A stretch of 64,000 nucleotides of DNA from Mobula hypostoma (Eukaryota): positions 168,704,001-168,768,000 of the forward strand of contig NC_086097.1 in NCBI RefSeq assembly GCF_963921235.1. Reading direction: 5' to 3'. The notes under the pieces are model-generated. The model was not told the DNA's origin and made no database searches. It was given only the letters and a program-made list of their open reading frames with translations. The position numbers were made by a program, and so were the translations under genes. Positions 11,915 through 24,544 of this stretch are shown piece by piece (the first letter of the stretch is position 1; each line of letters opens with the position of its first letter).

Positions 11915-13705
11915 CTTCAAAGCAGCAAGTGAGAGTGTGGGATCTGAGAAGTGTGGTAGTTATTTAAAAACAACAAGTCGTGTTTGGAGTGAGCCAATAA
12001 AAAGAAGTGAGGTTTAAGTAGAGTGACTATTGTGTGAGTGGGGCAGGGTTAGAGTGGTCAGCATCACAATGTGCGCAGGCAACATTGGAACCCAAGTGCA
12101 GGAGAATGACAGATTCTGATGTAGAGACAGTGACCTGAGTTGATTCATAAGAATTTCAACAGAATATCAGTGGTTTGGCTGAACGGCACCTTGAGACGTA
12201 ACATTCTCAAAACTAGGACTCTGTGATTAGCGCTAATTGGGCATCTACTTAAATAATACAAGTTACATGGAATCCCCAGGTCAATCAAAATAAACTTAAC
12301 AAGTTTAAACAGAAAGCGCCAGGATACTGCATTACAAGAGTGAGTCACTCGAGAAAAGCACAAGAAAGTCGAAACAATTAAAAACTCTTGTTAAACAATT
12401 GACCAATTCAGGTGCTCTAAAAACTTCAGAGCTCAATGCTCTCCAGCTCTCCGCACAAGCCCAAAGAGCTCATTACAAGTCAGGCTTTGGCTCAATGGGC
12501 TTAGGCAAGAACAAGCAGAGCCGAAGATTTTTTCCCCATTTTCTTTGCCTATTAATACATAATTATTGCAGTGACAATGTATTCAAGGTTAGTGATATGC
12601 TCTTCATGTGAGATGTGCGAATTCTGTGAGACCTCCATTTTCCCTGATAACTATATCTGTACAAAGTGGATCAAGTTACAGTTCCTTAAAGACCACATTA
12701 AGGAACAAAAACTGAAGCTGGATGACCTTCGGCTCATATGGGAGAAAGAAGAGGCAATAGGTGGTAGCGACAAGAAGGCAGTCACCCCTAAGTTGCAAGA
12801 GGCAGTTACCTGGGTGACTCAGGAGAGGGAAAGGGAATAGACAGCCAGTGCAGAGTACCCTTGTGGCCATTCCCCTCAATATTAACCATATTGTTTGGAT
12901 ATTGCTGATGGGGGAGGGGGCGATGGGGAAAGACCTACCAAGGGGAAGCCGCTGCAACCGGGCCTCTGGCACTGAGTCTGGCTCTGCGGCTCACAAGGGA
13001 AGGGAGGAGAAGAGGAGTAGGGTAGTAACAGGGGATTCCATAGTCAGAGGAGCAAACAGGAGATTCTGTGGACATGAACGAGATACCTGGATGGTATGTG
13101 ACCTCCCATGAGCCAGGGTCAGAGATGTCCCAGATTGAGTCCACAGCATTCTAAGCAGGAGGGTGAACAGCTGGAAGTCATAGTACATATTGGTACCAAT
13201 GACATAGGTAGGAAGAGAGATGAGGTCCTAAAGAGACAATATAGCGAGTTAGGGAGAAAGCTGAAAAGCAGGACCTCCAGGGTAGTCATTTCCGGATTAT
13301 TGCCTGTGCCATGAGGCAGTGACAGTAAAAATAGGTTGATATGGCAGATGAATGTGTGGTGCAGAGGGCAGGGTTGCAGATTTCTGGATCATTGGAATCT
13401 CTACTAGGGAATGTATGACTTATACAAAAAGGATGGGTTACACCTGAACTCAAGGGGGACCAAAATCCTTGTGGGCAGGTTTGCTAGGGCTGTTAAGGAG
13501 GGTTTAAACTAATCTGGCAGAGGGACAGAAACTGGAATGACAGGGCTGAGGACAAAGCAGTTGGTATAGAAGTAGATGCATGTGCAGTGAGACGGTCAGG
13601 ATGGACAGGCAGTTGGTATACAAGTAGATGCATGTGCAGTGAGACTGTTAGGAAGGACAGACAGACGACAGGGCAAAATTGCAGTCAATGCAATCAGTTG
13701 AAGTG
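11915..13705 (+). mobile_element. CR1 5' region: 5' UTR and degenerate ORF1 (Cys finger and SGNH esterase)
   Basis: CSSCEM...YICTKW, VVTGDSIVRG, VIVHIGTNDIG and DGLHLN motifs with stops and frameshifts; 52-bp tandem duplication at 13557-13660. Confidence 0.85.
12062..12478. mobile_element. 417-bp insertion in the CR1 5' UTR, possible old solo LTR
   Basis: Flanked by a GTCAG direct repeat (12057-12061 and 12479-12483). The right end reads TTACA; the left end is CATCAC rather than TG. Confidence 0.4.
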
Positions 13706-13706
13706 C

Positions 13707-14684
13707 ATCAGAATCAGGTTTATTATCACCGGCATGTGACGTGAAATTTGATAATTTAGCAGCAGCAGTTCAATGCAATACATAATCTTGCAGAGAGACA
13801 AAAGAAATAAAACATAACAAATAAACAAGTAAATCAATTACGTATCTTGAATGGATTTTTTTTAATGTGCATAAACAGAAATACTGTATATTAAAAAAAG
13901 TGAGGTAGTGTCCAAAGCTCCAATGTCCATTTAGGAATCGGATGGCAGAGGGGAAGAAGTTCCTAAATCGCTGAGTGTGTGCCTTCAAGTTTCTGTACCT
14001 CCTACCTGATGGTAACAGTGAGAAAAGGTCATGCCCTGGGTGCTGGAGGTCCTCAATAATGGATACTGCCTTTCTGAGACACCACTTCCTAAAGATGTCC
14101 TGGGTACTTTGTAGGCTAGTGCCCAAAATGGAGCTGACTAGATTTACAACCCTCTGCAGCTTCTTTTGGCCCTGTGCAGTAGCTTCCCCACCCCACCATT
14201 CCAGACAGTGATGCAGTCTGTCAGAATGCTCTCCACGGTACATCTATAGAAGTTTTTGAGTGTATTTGTTGACGTGCCAAATCTCTTCAGACTCCGAATG
14301 AAGTATAGTCACTGTCTTGCCTTCTTTATAACTGGGACTAGGTTAGAACCTCAGAGATCTTGACACCCAGGAACTTGAAACTTCTCACTCTCTCCACTTC
14401 TGATCCCTCTATGAGGATTGGTATGTGTTCCTTCATCTTACCCTTCCTGAAGTTCACAATCAGCTCTTTCGGTTTACTGACGTTGAGTGCTAGGTTGTTG
14501 CTGCAACACCACTCCACTAGTTGGCGTATCTCACTCCTGTACACCCTCTCGTCACCTCCTGAGATTCTACCAACAATGGTTGTATCGTCAGCAAATTTAT
14601 CGATGGTATTTGAGCAATGCCTAGCCACACAGTCATGGGTATAGACAGAGTAGAGCAGTGGGCTAAGCACACACCCCTGAGGAA
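13707..14684 (-). mobile_element. 5'-truncated Rex1/Babar LINE
   Basis: PQGCVLSPLLYSVYTHDC..KFADDTTIVG and HPGHDLFSLLPSGRRYR; (ATTCTG)n-like tail. Confidence 0.88.
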
Positions 14685-14839
14685 ACATGAAACATGGTTA
14701 AGAAAAAAAGCTTTCCTTTCTACAACACTTTATCACAATGTTAGCTCACCTCAAGCCGTTTTACAACCAATGATTACTGACATATTTCTCTCTCCCCAGA
14801 AACTGGCTGATCTGCAGAGTATTCCCTGCAGCTTCCGAT

Positions 14840-16605
14840 GGTGAGGCCTCACTTGGACTATTGTGTAGAGTTTTGGTTATCCTGCTAAAGGAAAGATGCC
14901 ACTGGAAAGAGTACGGGAAAGATCTATGAAGAAGTGTTCTGTAACCCCATGACTCTACATTGCCAGTACTTGAGGAACTGAGTTATTGGGAGAGATTGTG
15001 CAAGTTAGGACTTTACTCCTTCAAATGTTGGAGAATGGGGGGTAACCTTATGGAAGTGTGGAACATATGAGAGACACAGATAGGGAGAATGTGCACAGTC
15101 TTTTTTTTCACAGGGCTGTGGAATCAAGGCTAGAGGGTATAGGTCTAAGTTGAAAGAGGAAACATTTAATAGGTACCTGAGATGCAACTTTTATACACTG
15201 AGGGTGGTGTTTTTATGGAACGTGCTGCTAGAGAAAGTGGTTGAGGCAAGCATAATAACAAAATTTAAAAGACATTTGGACAGGTACATGGATAGGAAAG
15301 GTTTAAAGGGACACAGGTCAAGCACAGACAAATGGGATGAGAATCTTGGTTGGCATGAGCCAGTTAGGCCAAAGGGCTCATTTCATTGCTGCATAACTCT
15401 GAAAGTTAGGCCTAATGAAGAAGATTTCATGTGATCACTGTTCTAACATAGGAAAAGTGGAACTCAATTAATACACAGCAGGATCCCATAAATAAACAAT
15501 AACAAATCTGTTCCTTGAATAATAGAATGTCTACAAGATAGCTTTTTAGAGTAGCTTGTGATTGAGCCCACCAGGGAAAAGGCAATTCTGGATTGAATGT
15601 TGTGTAATGAACCAGATTTGTTTAGGGACCTTAAGGTAAAGGAACCTTGAGGAGGCAGTGATCATAAAATGATATAATTCATCCTGGAATCTGAGAAGGA
15701 GAAGCTAAAGTCAGATGTATCATTACTGCAGTGGAATATGGGGAATTAAAGAGGCATAAGAGAGAATTGGCCAAAATTGATTGGAAAGGGACACCAGCAG
15801 GGATGATGGCAGTTGAGCAATGACAGGAGTTTCTGGGAGCAATTCTGAAGCCGCAGGATAGATACCAAAGAATAAGTAGTATTCCAAAGGGAGGATGATT
15901 TAACCGTGGCTGACAAATCAAAGACAGCATAAAAGCAAAAGAGAGGGCGTATAATATCACAAAAATTAGTGGGAAGGTAGAGGATAGGGAAGCTTTTTAA
16001 AAACCAACAAAAGGCAACTGAAAAAGCCAAAAAGAAAGAAAAGATGAAATATGAAGGTAAGCCAGCCAATAATATCAAAGAACATATCAAAAGTTTTTTC
16101 GGATACATAAAGAATAAAAGAGATGTGAGAGTGGATATCAGACTGCTGGAATATGACACTAGAAAGGTAGTAATGATGGAATAAAAAATGGTAGACAAAT
16201 TTAATTTTGCATCATTCTTCACTGGAAGAAATTCTAAAAATGTCGGGACAGAAGTGACTGTAGTTGCTAAGGAGAAGATGCTGCAGAAACTGTTAGATCT
16301 GAAGGTAGATAAGTCACCTGGGCTAGATGGTCTACACCCTAAGGTTCTGAAAGAGGTAGCTGAAGAGATTGTGGAGGCATGAGTAATGATGTTTCAAGAA
16401 TTACTAGATTCTGAAAAGCTTCTGGAGAACTGAAAAATTGGAAATATCACTCCACTCTTTAAGAAGGGAGAGAGGTAGAAGTAAGAAAATTATAGGTTAG
16501 TTAGCCTGACATCAGTGGTTGAGGTGTTGGAGTCCATTATTAAGGATGAGTTTTCAAGGTACTTGGAGACACATGATAAACTAGGACAAAGTCGATATGG
16601 TTTCC
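14840..16605 (+). mobile_element. Degenerate CR1 fragments (3' end about 14840-15400; EN-RT region about 15535-16605)
   Basis: RVVFLWNVL..FKRHLDRYM and KSPGLDGLHPKVLKE motifs. Confidence 0.8.
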
Positions 16606-16714
16606 TGTTAAGGTGAGTCAAAACAACTGATGCCTATTGGTCAGCTGACAACCAATCCTAGGCTGATGTCACCAACTAATGGTTATTCCAATCAAAGTCT
16701 TGAATATTCTTTGG

Positions 16715-17080
16715 GTTTGTTTGTTATGTGTCATGTCGCATGGCATGGGTGATCAGACTTTCCATGACCATTATTGTTCTTGCCAAAGTTTTCTACATAA
16801 GTGGTCTGCCATTGCCTTCTTCTAGACAATGTCTTTACAAGACAGATGTTGTCGGCCTGGCATCAGTGGTTGTATAACCAGGGCTTATATGAGCACTAAC
16901 TGTTCATACAAATATCCACTACTTGCTCCCATGGCTCCATGTGACCCTGATTGGGGGTTGGGGGTGGGGGTTTGGGTCCAAGCAGGTGAAACGCCTTGCC
17001 CAAGTGTGACCTGCAGACTAGCAGAGGGAAGGAACGCCTTACATCTCCTTTGGTAGAGACACATCTTCACTTCGCCACCC
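16715..17080 (-). mobile_element. SINE with tRNA-like head, CORE-like box and RTE/BovB-type tail
   Basis: Minus strand: TGGCGAAGTGA (A-box-like), GTTCCTTCC (weak B-box), CTTGGGCAAG, and GAAGAAGGCAATGGCAGACCAC (Bov-A/Sauria-type tail, plus-strand 16801-16822). Confidence 0.6.
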
Positions 17081-17084
17081 CATT

Positions 17085-17760
17085 TCAATAGTCATGCTTT
17101 GGAATGTATAGTTTTATTTTGAGTTTGAGATATTGTGATTTTACTGAATAGAGGAGTATTTTGAGTTCCGGCTTCATCTTATCTCCCAGCTTTGGGTCTC
17201 ATCAGTCATTGTAGGCAAGCAAACACAATAAATTGGCGAAGAGGTGCTGTATTATGTTGAGCAATTTCAGCAGAAGACTTACCCGCAATTCTACAACAGC
17301 AGCAAGTTCGAATTAAGGTGGCTCAGCTGAAGCTAATCAAAACCTTGACCAGCAAGTTGTCAATGAATCCAATGATGTCGGTGCCAAGCACTGAACAGAA
17401 CTCTTGTCAGTCAGTTGTTACATCCATTACCAATTTCCAGTTTGATACCGCTTCAGGAATTACATTTGAATCATGATTTAAATGTTACGAAGATATTTTC
17501 CAAACCAAGTTTGCCAGTACAGGCGACTTGTGGAAGACACGCACTTTGCCCCAAAAATTGGGAACTGCTGAAGATGAGCATTATTTCAACTTCATTCTGC
17601 CTAAGAACCTGTGTGACCTATCATTTGACGAAACTGTCCAAAAGCTAAGAAGCATTTTTGGAGAGCAGTCATCTCTCTTCAATATTTGCTACCAATACCT
17701 AAAACTTGTCAAACAAGACGCCGACAAGTTCATCACATAGCTGGTCCTGTTATTCAACCT
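17085..17760 (+). mobile_element. Gypsy remnant: LTR end, primer-binding site, gag
   Basis: PBS-like TGGCGAAGAGG at 17234; gag-like NFILPK..DLSFDETVQKL..IFG..SLFN..YQ.LKL. The LTR may start at TGTTAAGG at 16606. Confidence 0.65.
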
Positions 17761-19077
17761 TTCAGTCTCCTGAATAGAAACATAGAAAACATAGAAATAC
17801 AGCACAATACAGGCCCTTCGGTCCACAAAGCTGTGCCGAACATGTCCCTACCTGAGAAATTACTTAGGGTTACCCATAGTCCTTTATTTTTCTGAGCTCC
17901 ATATACCTGTCCAGGAGTCTCTTCAAAGACCTATCGTATCTGCCTCCACCACAGTCACTTGCAGCCCATTCCACGCACTCACCACTCTGCATAAAAAACT
18001 TACCCCTGACATCTCCTCTGTACCTACTTCCAAGCACCTTAAAACTATACCCTCTTGTGGCAGCCAGTTCAGCCCTGGGAAAAAGCCTCTGACTATCCAC
18101 ACGATCAATACCTCTCATCATCTTACACACCTCTATCAGGTCACCTCTCATCCTCCGTCTCTCCAAGGAAAAAAGGCCAAGTTCACTCAACCTAATCTCA
18201 TAAGGCATGCTCCCCAATCCAGGCAACATCCTTGTAAATCCTTTCCGTACCCTTTCTATGGTTTCCACATCCTTCCTATAGTGAGGTGACCAGAACTGAG
18301 CACAGTACTCCAAGTGGGGTCTGACCAGGGTCCTATATAGCTGCAACATTACCTCTCGGCTCCTAAACTCAGTCCCATGATTGATGAAGGCCAATACATC
18401 GTATGCTTTCTTAACCACAGAGCCAACCTGCGCAGCAGCCTTGAGTGTCCTATGGAATAGGACCCCAAGATCCCTCTGATCCTCCACACTGCCAAGAGTC
18501 TTACCAGTAATATGATATTCTGTCATCATATTTGACCTACCAAAATGAACCACCTCACACTTATCTGGGTTGAACTCCATCTGCCACTCCTCAGTCCATT
18601 TTTGCATCCTATCAATGTCCTGCTGTAACCTCTGACAGCCCTCCACACTATCCACAACACCCCAACCTTTGTATCATCAGCAAATTTACTAACCCATCCC
18701 TCCACTTCCTCATCAGGTCATTTATAAAAATCACAAAGAGTAGGGGTACCAGAACAGGTCCCTGAGGCACACCACTGGTCACCGACCTCCATGCAGAATA
18801 TGATCCGTCTACAACCACACTTTGCCTTTTGTGGGCAAGCCACTTCCAGACCCACAAAGCAATTTCCCCTTGAATCCCTACTTTCTCAAAAAGCCTTGCA
18901 TGGGGTACCTTGTCAAATGCCTTGTTGAAATCCATATACACTACATCTACTGCTCTACATTCATCAATGTATTTAGTCACATCCTCAAAAAATTCAATCA
19001 GGCTCGTAAGGCATGATCTGCCTTTCACAAAGCCATGCTGACTAATCATAAATCCTGCTTCTCAGGATCTTCTCCAT

Positions 19078-19902
19078 TGTGATGACAAACCAAGTTATCA
19101 GAAGATTGATGCTGATGAGAGAGATAAGAGAGACAATGGGGAAACATTCAAAATGCTAATAAGAGAGAAGAGAGAGATTAACGAGCAAGAAACACATTTC
19201 AGAATATTGACAGACCGGTTGCTTTGAACCTGAACTGTTTGAAGTTTGATGGACAGGCAATACCCCAGCAGGGGGATAAAAAGAACAGGTTCACGAAGGC
19301 ACAACACACACCACGAGATCATGAGATAACGAGACCCTGGAAGAGCGGTGTGCCCCCACAAATTGGTGGGAGTTTGGAGGTCTGGTCGCGGGAACCGACC
19401 ATAGATGCACAGGGTGAAAGGGTACGATCGGCGGGAACCTGGTTTGTGTGTCCACCCTTGCCTGGGTGCCAGCTTCACCGCGGAAGAACGGTTGTATCCG
19501 GAGTGGAGGGGTCACAGTCGGTGACAACAGAAGACATAAAAAAGGGTCCGCCCGAAAGCCAACTGCGAAGAACATCAAAGGTCTGCTGAATCAGATTTGC
19601 ATATCTCTATCTCTCTCCAATGGCACAACAGCGATTACTGCAAACTGTACTAAGCTGAACTGAACTCTGCATCACTTGAGACTGATCATTTTACCCTTGG
19701 TTGATTCCTATAGAGCTTGGTTGATTCCTATTACCCTAGTTCTGTGTATTATCATTGCCAACCTGTTGCAATTACATCCTTATGATTAGAATACTGTGTT
19801 ACTTATTTCTTTAATAAAACTTTATTAGTTTCTGTTAAACCAGACTCCAACTAAGTGGTCCATTTTTGCTGGTTTGGCAACCTAGTTACGGGGTACGTAA
19901 CA
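19078..19902 (+). mobile_element. Solo LTR, 825 bp
   Basis: TGTGA...TAACA ends with CCAT TSD (19074-19077 and 19903-19906). The empty site is visible in the paralogous CR1 at about 56160-56180. AATAAA at 19813 suggests plus orientation. Confidence 0.9.
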
Positions 19903-21042
19903 CCATCAATTTACCAACCACTGAAGTAAGACTCACTGGTCTATAATTTCCTGGGCTATCCCTACTCCCTTTCTTGAATAATGGAACAACATCCACAGCC
20001 CTCCAATCCTCCAGAACCTCTCCCGTCCCCATTGATGATGCAAAGATCATCGCCAGAGGCTCAGCAATCTCCTCCCTCACCTCCCATAGTAGCCTGGAGT
20101 ACATCTCGTCCAGTCCCAGTGACTTATCCAACTTGATGCTTTTCAAAAGCTCCTGTACATCCTCTTTCTTAATATCTACACACTCAAGCTTTTCAGTCTG
20201 CTGTAAGTCATCCCTACAATGACCAAGATCCTTTTCCGTAGTGAATACTGAAGCAAAGTACTCATTAAGTACCTCTGCTATCTCCACCGGTTCCATACAC
20301 ACTTTTCCACTGTCACACTTGATTGGTCCTGTTCTCTTACGTCTTATCCTCTTGCTCTTCACATACTTGTAGAATGCCTTGGGGTTTTCCTTAATCCTGT
20401 CCGCCAAGGCCTTGTCATGGCCCCTTCCAGCTCTTCTAATTTCTTTCTTGAGCTTCTTTCTGCTAGCCTTATAATTTTCTAGCTCTCTATCATTACCTAG
20501 CTTTTTGAACCTTTCATAAGCTGTACTTTTCTTCTTGACTAGATTTACAACAGTTTTTGTTCACCACGGTTCCTGGACCCTACCATCCTTTCCCTGTCTC
20601 ATTGGAACATATCTATGCAAAATTCCATGTGAATATCCCCAGAACATTTGCCACATTTCTTCCGTACATTTCACTGAGAACATCTGTTTCCAATTTATGC
20701 TTCCAAGTTCCTGCCCGATGGCCTCATATTTCCCCTTACTCCCATTAAACGCTTTCCTAACTTGTCTATTCTTATCCCTCTCCAATGCTATTGGAAAGGC
20801 GATAGAATTGTGATCACCATCTCCAAAATGCTCTCCCACTGATAGACCTGACACCTGACCAGGTTCATTTCCCAATACCAGATCTCGTACAGCCTCTCCT
20901 CTTGTAGGTTTATCTACATATTGTGTCAAGAAACTTTCTTGAACACACCTAATGAACTCCACTCCATCTAAACCCCTTACTCTAGGGACATGCAATCGAT
21001 ATTTGGGAAATTAAAATCTCCCACCACGACAACCCTGTTATT

Positions 21043-22413
21043 GGTTGGGAAGTTGTTGGAGTCGATTGTCAAGGATGAGGTTACAGAGTACCTGGAGGCA
21101 TATGACAAGATAGGCAGAACTCAGCATGGATTCCTTAAAGGAAAATCCTGCCTGACAAACCTATTACAAATTTTTGAGGAAATTACCAGTAGGCTAGACA
21201 AGGGAGATGCAGTGGATGTTGTATATTTGGATTTTCAGAAGGCCTTTGACAAGATGCCACACATGAGGCTACTTAACAAGATAAGAGCCCATGGAATTAC
21301 GGGAAAGTTACATACATGGATAGAGCATTGGCTGATTGGCAGGAAACAGAGAGTGGGAATAAAGGGATCCTATTCTGGTTGGCTGCCGGTTACCAGTGGT
21401 GTTCCACAGGGGTCCGTGCTGGGGCTGCTTCTTTTTACATTGTACATCAACCATTTGGATTATGGAATAGATGGCTTTGTGGCTAAGTTCGCTGACGATA
21501 CGATGGTAGGTGGAGGGGCCGGTAGTGCTGAGGAAACGGAGAGTCTGCAGAGAGACTTGGATAGATTGGAAGAATGGGCAGAGAAGTGGCAAATGAAGTA
21601 CAATGTTGGAAAGTGTATTGTTATGCACTTTGGCAGAAGTAATAAACGGGCAGACTATTATTTAAATGGAGAAAGAATTCAAAGTTCTGAGATGCAACGG
21701 GACTTGGGAGCCCTTGTACAGGATACCCTTAAGGTTAACCTCCAGGTTGAGTCGGTAGTGAAGAAGGCAAATGCAATGTTGGCATTCATTTCTAGAGGAA
21801 TAGAGTATAGGAGCAGGGATGTGATGTTGAGGCTCCATAAGGTGCTGGTAAGACCTCACTTGGAGTACTGTGGGCAGTTTTGGTCTCCTTATTTAAGAAA
21901 GGATGTGCTGACTTTGGAGAGGGTACCGAGAAGATTCAGTAGAATGATTCCAGGAATGAGAGGGTTAACATATGAGGAACGTTTGTCCGCTCTTGGACTG
22001 TATTCCTTGGAGTTTCGAAGAATGAGGGGAGACCTCATAGAAACATTTCGAATGTTGAAAGTCATGGACAGAGTGGATGTGGCAAAGTTGTTTCCCATGA
22101 TGGGGGAGTCTAGTACGAGAGAGCATGTCTTAAGGATTGAAGGGCGCCCATTCAGAACAGAAATGCGAAGGAATTTTTTTAGTCAGAGGGTGGTGAATCT
22201 ATGGAATTTGTTGCCACGGGCAGCAGTGGAGGCCAAGTCATTGGGTCTATTTAAGGCAGAGATTAATAGGTATCTGAGTAGCCAGGGCATCAAAGGTTAT
22301 GGTGAAAAGGCGGGGGAGTGGGACTAAATGGGAGAATGGATCAGCTCATGATAAAATGGCAGAGCAGACTCGATGGGCCGAATGGCCAACTTCTGCTCCT
22401 TTGTCTTATGGTC
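21043..22413 (+). mobile_element. 5'-truncated CR1 of a second family with an open RT frame
   Basis: Uninterrupted RT (QHGF, LDFQKAFD, GVPQGSVLG, KFADD) to the stop at 22327; tail tcttatggtctta; host CR1 resumes at 22414. Confidence 0.92.
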
Positions 22414-23300
22414 TTATTACACTTTTCCAGAATTTGGATCCCTATCTGCTCCTTGATGCCCCTGTTACTATTGGGTGGTCTATAAAAAAACACCCAGTAG
22501 AGTTATTGACCCCTTTCTGTTCCTAACTTCCACCCACAGAGACTCCATAGCCAATCTCTCCATGTCTTCCTCCTTTTCTACGGCCATGACACTCTCTCTG
22601 ATCAACAGTGCCACCCCCCCCCCACCTCTTTTGCCTCCCTCCCTGTTCTTTCTGAAACATCTAAAGCCTGGCACTCAAAGAAACTATTCCTGCCCCTGAG
22701 CCATCCAAGTCTCTGTAATGGGCACAACATCATAGATCCAAATACTGATCCATGCTCTAAGCTCATCCGCTTTGTTCATAATCTCAAACCATCGGTCTGA
22801 TCATGTCCCTTTTTGATTACCTGCCTATTCCCCCTCTCACACCGTTTCCAAGCTTTCTCTATTTGTGACCCAACTGCCTCTTCCTCCGTCTCTTCAGTTT
22901 GGTTCCCACCCCCCAGCATTCCTAGTTTAAACTCTCCCCAATAGCCTTAGCAAACCTTCGCAAAGTGAATGATCCAGAGTTCATCCATTTCCAGCTTCAA
23001 CTTCTTAACATGGTTTGTTAGAAGCAGTAGCTGGATACACCTCTTGCAGATGTACTCATCAGGGAGATTGGAAGTCTCCTTACCTTCCCACGTTCCACAA
23101 GATGAGCATTCCACTATCCTGCGTGGCATCTCCACTGTCTACGTGTGCAAAAAGAAAGAATAAGTAACAAAACTACCTAGGGCCTACACAGCTCCTTGCC
23201 AAAGCCTCAACTCCCCACTTTAATACTGGTCCACTCACACAATGGCTGCAGTGTTTAACTTCTCTTAATTGTACTTTGCCAAATGCCTAATTATGTACAA

Positions 23301-23565
23301 TCCTTGGGAAATGCGGTGCACAAAATGTGCCATCTGCCCCTACTTGCTACTCTCTTTCCCAATACACAATCCAATGTCTCCTTGGGAACTGTGGCGAACA
23401 AAATATATGAGCTGCCCTGACTGCTTCTCTTAAACTCTCTCTTCCTCCATGCAATCCAATGTCTCCTTGGGAAATATGACACGCAAACTGTGTTGGCTGT
23501 CCCCACTCACTTCTTTTAAACTCTCTCTCTATGCAATCCAACATCTCCTCAGAAAATGTGCCATG
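23301..23565. repeat. About 3.3 diverged copies of a 78-85 bp unit
   Basis: tccttggg at 23301, 23379 and 23464 and tcctcag at 23546, with caatccaatgtc recurring. Confidence 0.8.
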
Positions 23566-23710
23566 CATTGGTATGTGTTGTTTGTAGCTTTACATTACTT
23601 CTATGTTTCTTTGTATTTACTGTGAATGCCTGCAAGAAAACAAGTGTAGTATATAGTGACACATATGTACTTTGATAATAAATTTACTTTGAACTTTATA
23701 TTCACTACAT

Positions 23711-24481
23711 CAGCGGTCCCCAACCACCGGGCCGCGGACCAATACCAGGCAGCAAAGCATGCGCTACTGGGCCGTGAGGAAATGATACGAGTCAGCTGCA
23801 CCTTTCCTCATTCCCTGTCACGCACTGTTGAACTTGAACATAGGGTTGCCAACTGTCCCATATTTGCTGGGACATCCCGAATATTGGGCTAAATTGATTT
23901 GTCCCATATTTCCCCCGCTGAGGAAGAGCGTTCCTATGAAACCTTTCGTGCCGAAATGGCGTGAAGTAAAGAAGCAATTACCATTAATTTATATGGGAAA
24001 AATTTTGAGTGTTCCCAGACCCAAAAAATAACCTAACAAATCACACCAAAGAAAACATAAAACCGAAAATAAATAACACTAACATATAGTAAAAGCAGGA
24101 ATGATATGATAAAAACACAGCTATATAAAGTAGAAATAATGTATGTACAGTATAGTGGGGAAGATGAAGGCAAAACTGATTTGTGGGGGAAAAATCGGCA
24201 CATACTCACATGCGCACGTCACGCATGCGCACACGGGTGCCCGCGCAAGGCTTCATGGTCATGGTAATCTTTCCTGGGGTTAAGTGTCCCGGGATTTGAC
24301 TGCTACTTTTGTCCCTTATTTGGGAGTGAGAAAGTTGGCAAACCTAACTGTAAAAGACATGTTGAGGTGAGTTTAACCCTACTTGAACCCCCCCCCCCCG
24401 CAACCCCCCGGGTCGGCCGGTCCATAAGAATATTGTCAATATTAACCAGTCTGCGGTGCGAAAAAGGGTTGGGGACCCCTG
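23711..24481. mobile_element. Non-autonomous hAT (Charlie-like) element
   Basis: Terminal inverted repeats (TIRs) CAGCGGTCCCCAACC / GGTTGGGGACCCCTG; perfect 8-bp TSD CACTACAT (23703-23710 and 24482-24489). Confidence 0.92.
23841..24346. mobile_element. Inner hAT (Blackjack-like) MITE
   Basis: TIRs TAGGGTTGCCAAC / GTTGGCAAACCTA, subterminal tgtccc/gggaca motifs, no clear TSD. Confidence 0.75.
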
Positions 24482-24544
24482 CACTACATTTAGTAGACAA
24501 AACAGACAGGTCCTTAAACTGGCAATGCATGGAAGGATGTGGAT

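Larger units (their letters stand above)
17776..23140 (-). mobile_element. Long CR1 LINE (ORF1 finger, APE endonuclease, RT, 3' tail) carrying two nested insertions
   Basis: ORF pieces 22947-23135, 22480-22674, 20561-20995, 19886-20407, 18648-19049 and 17870-18655 are collinear with the uninterrupted copy at 54846-58128; (TTCTATGT)n tail. Confidence 0.92.

Noticed and set aside
13557..13660. 52-bp direct repeat as a functional element
   Set aside because: Simple tandem duplication inside a dead CR1.
20990..22327. 445-aa ORF as an intact or domesticated gene
   Set aside because: The ATG and first ~17 codons come from the antisense strand of the host CR1; the rest is a 5'-truncated CR1 RT with its own tail.
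23301..23565. CRISPR-like repeat-spacer array
   Set aside because: The 'spacers' are homologous to each other, there are no cas genes, and the context is vertebrate.
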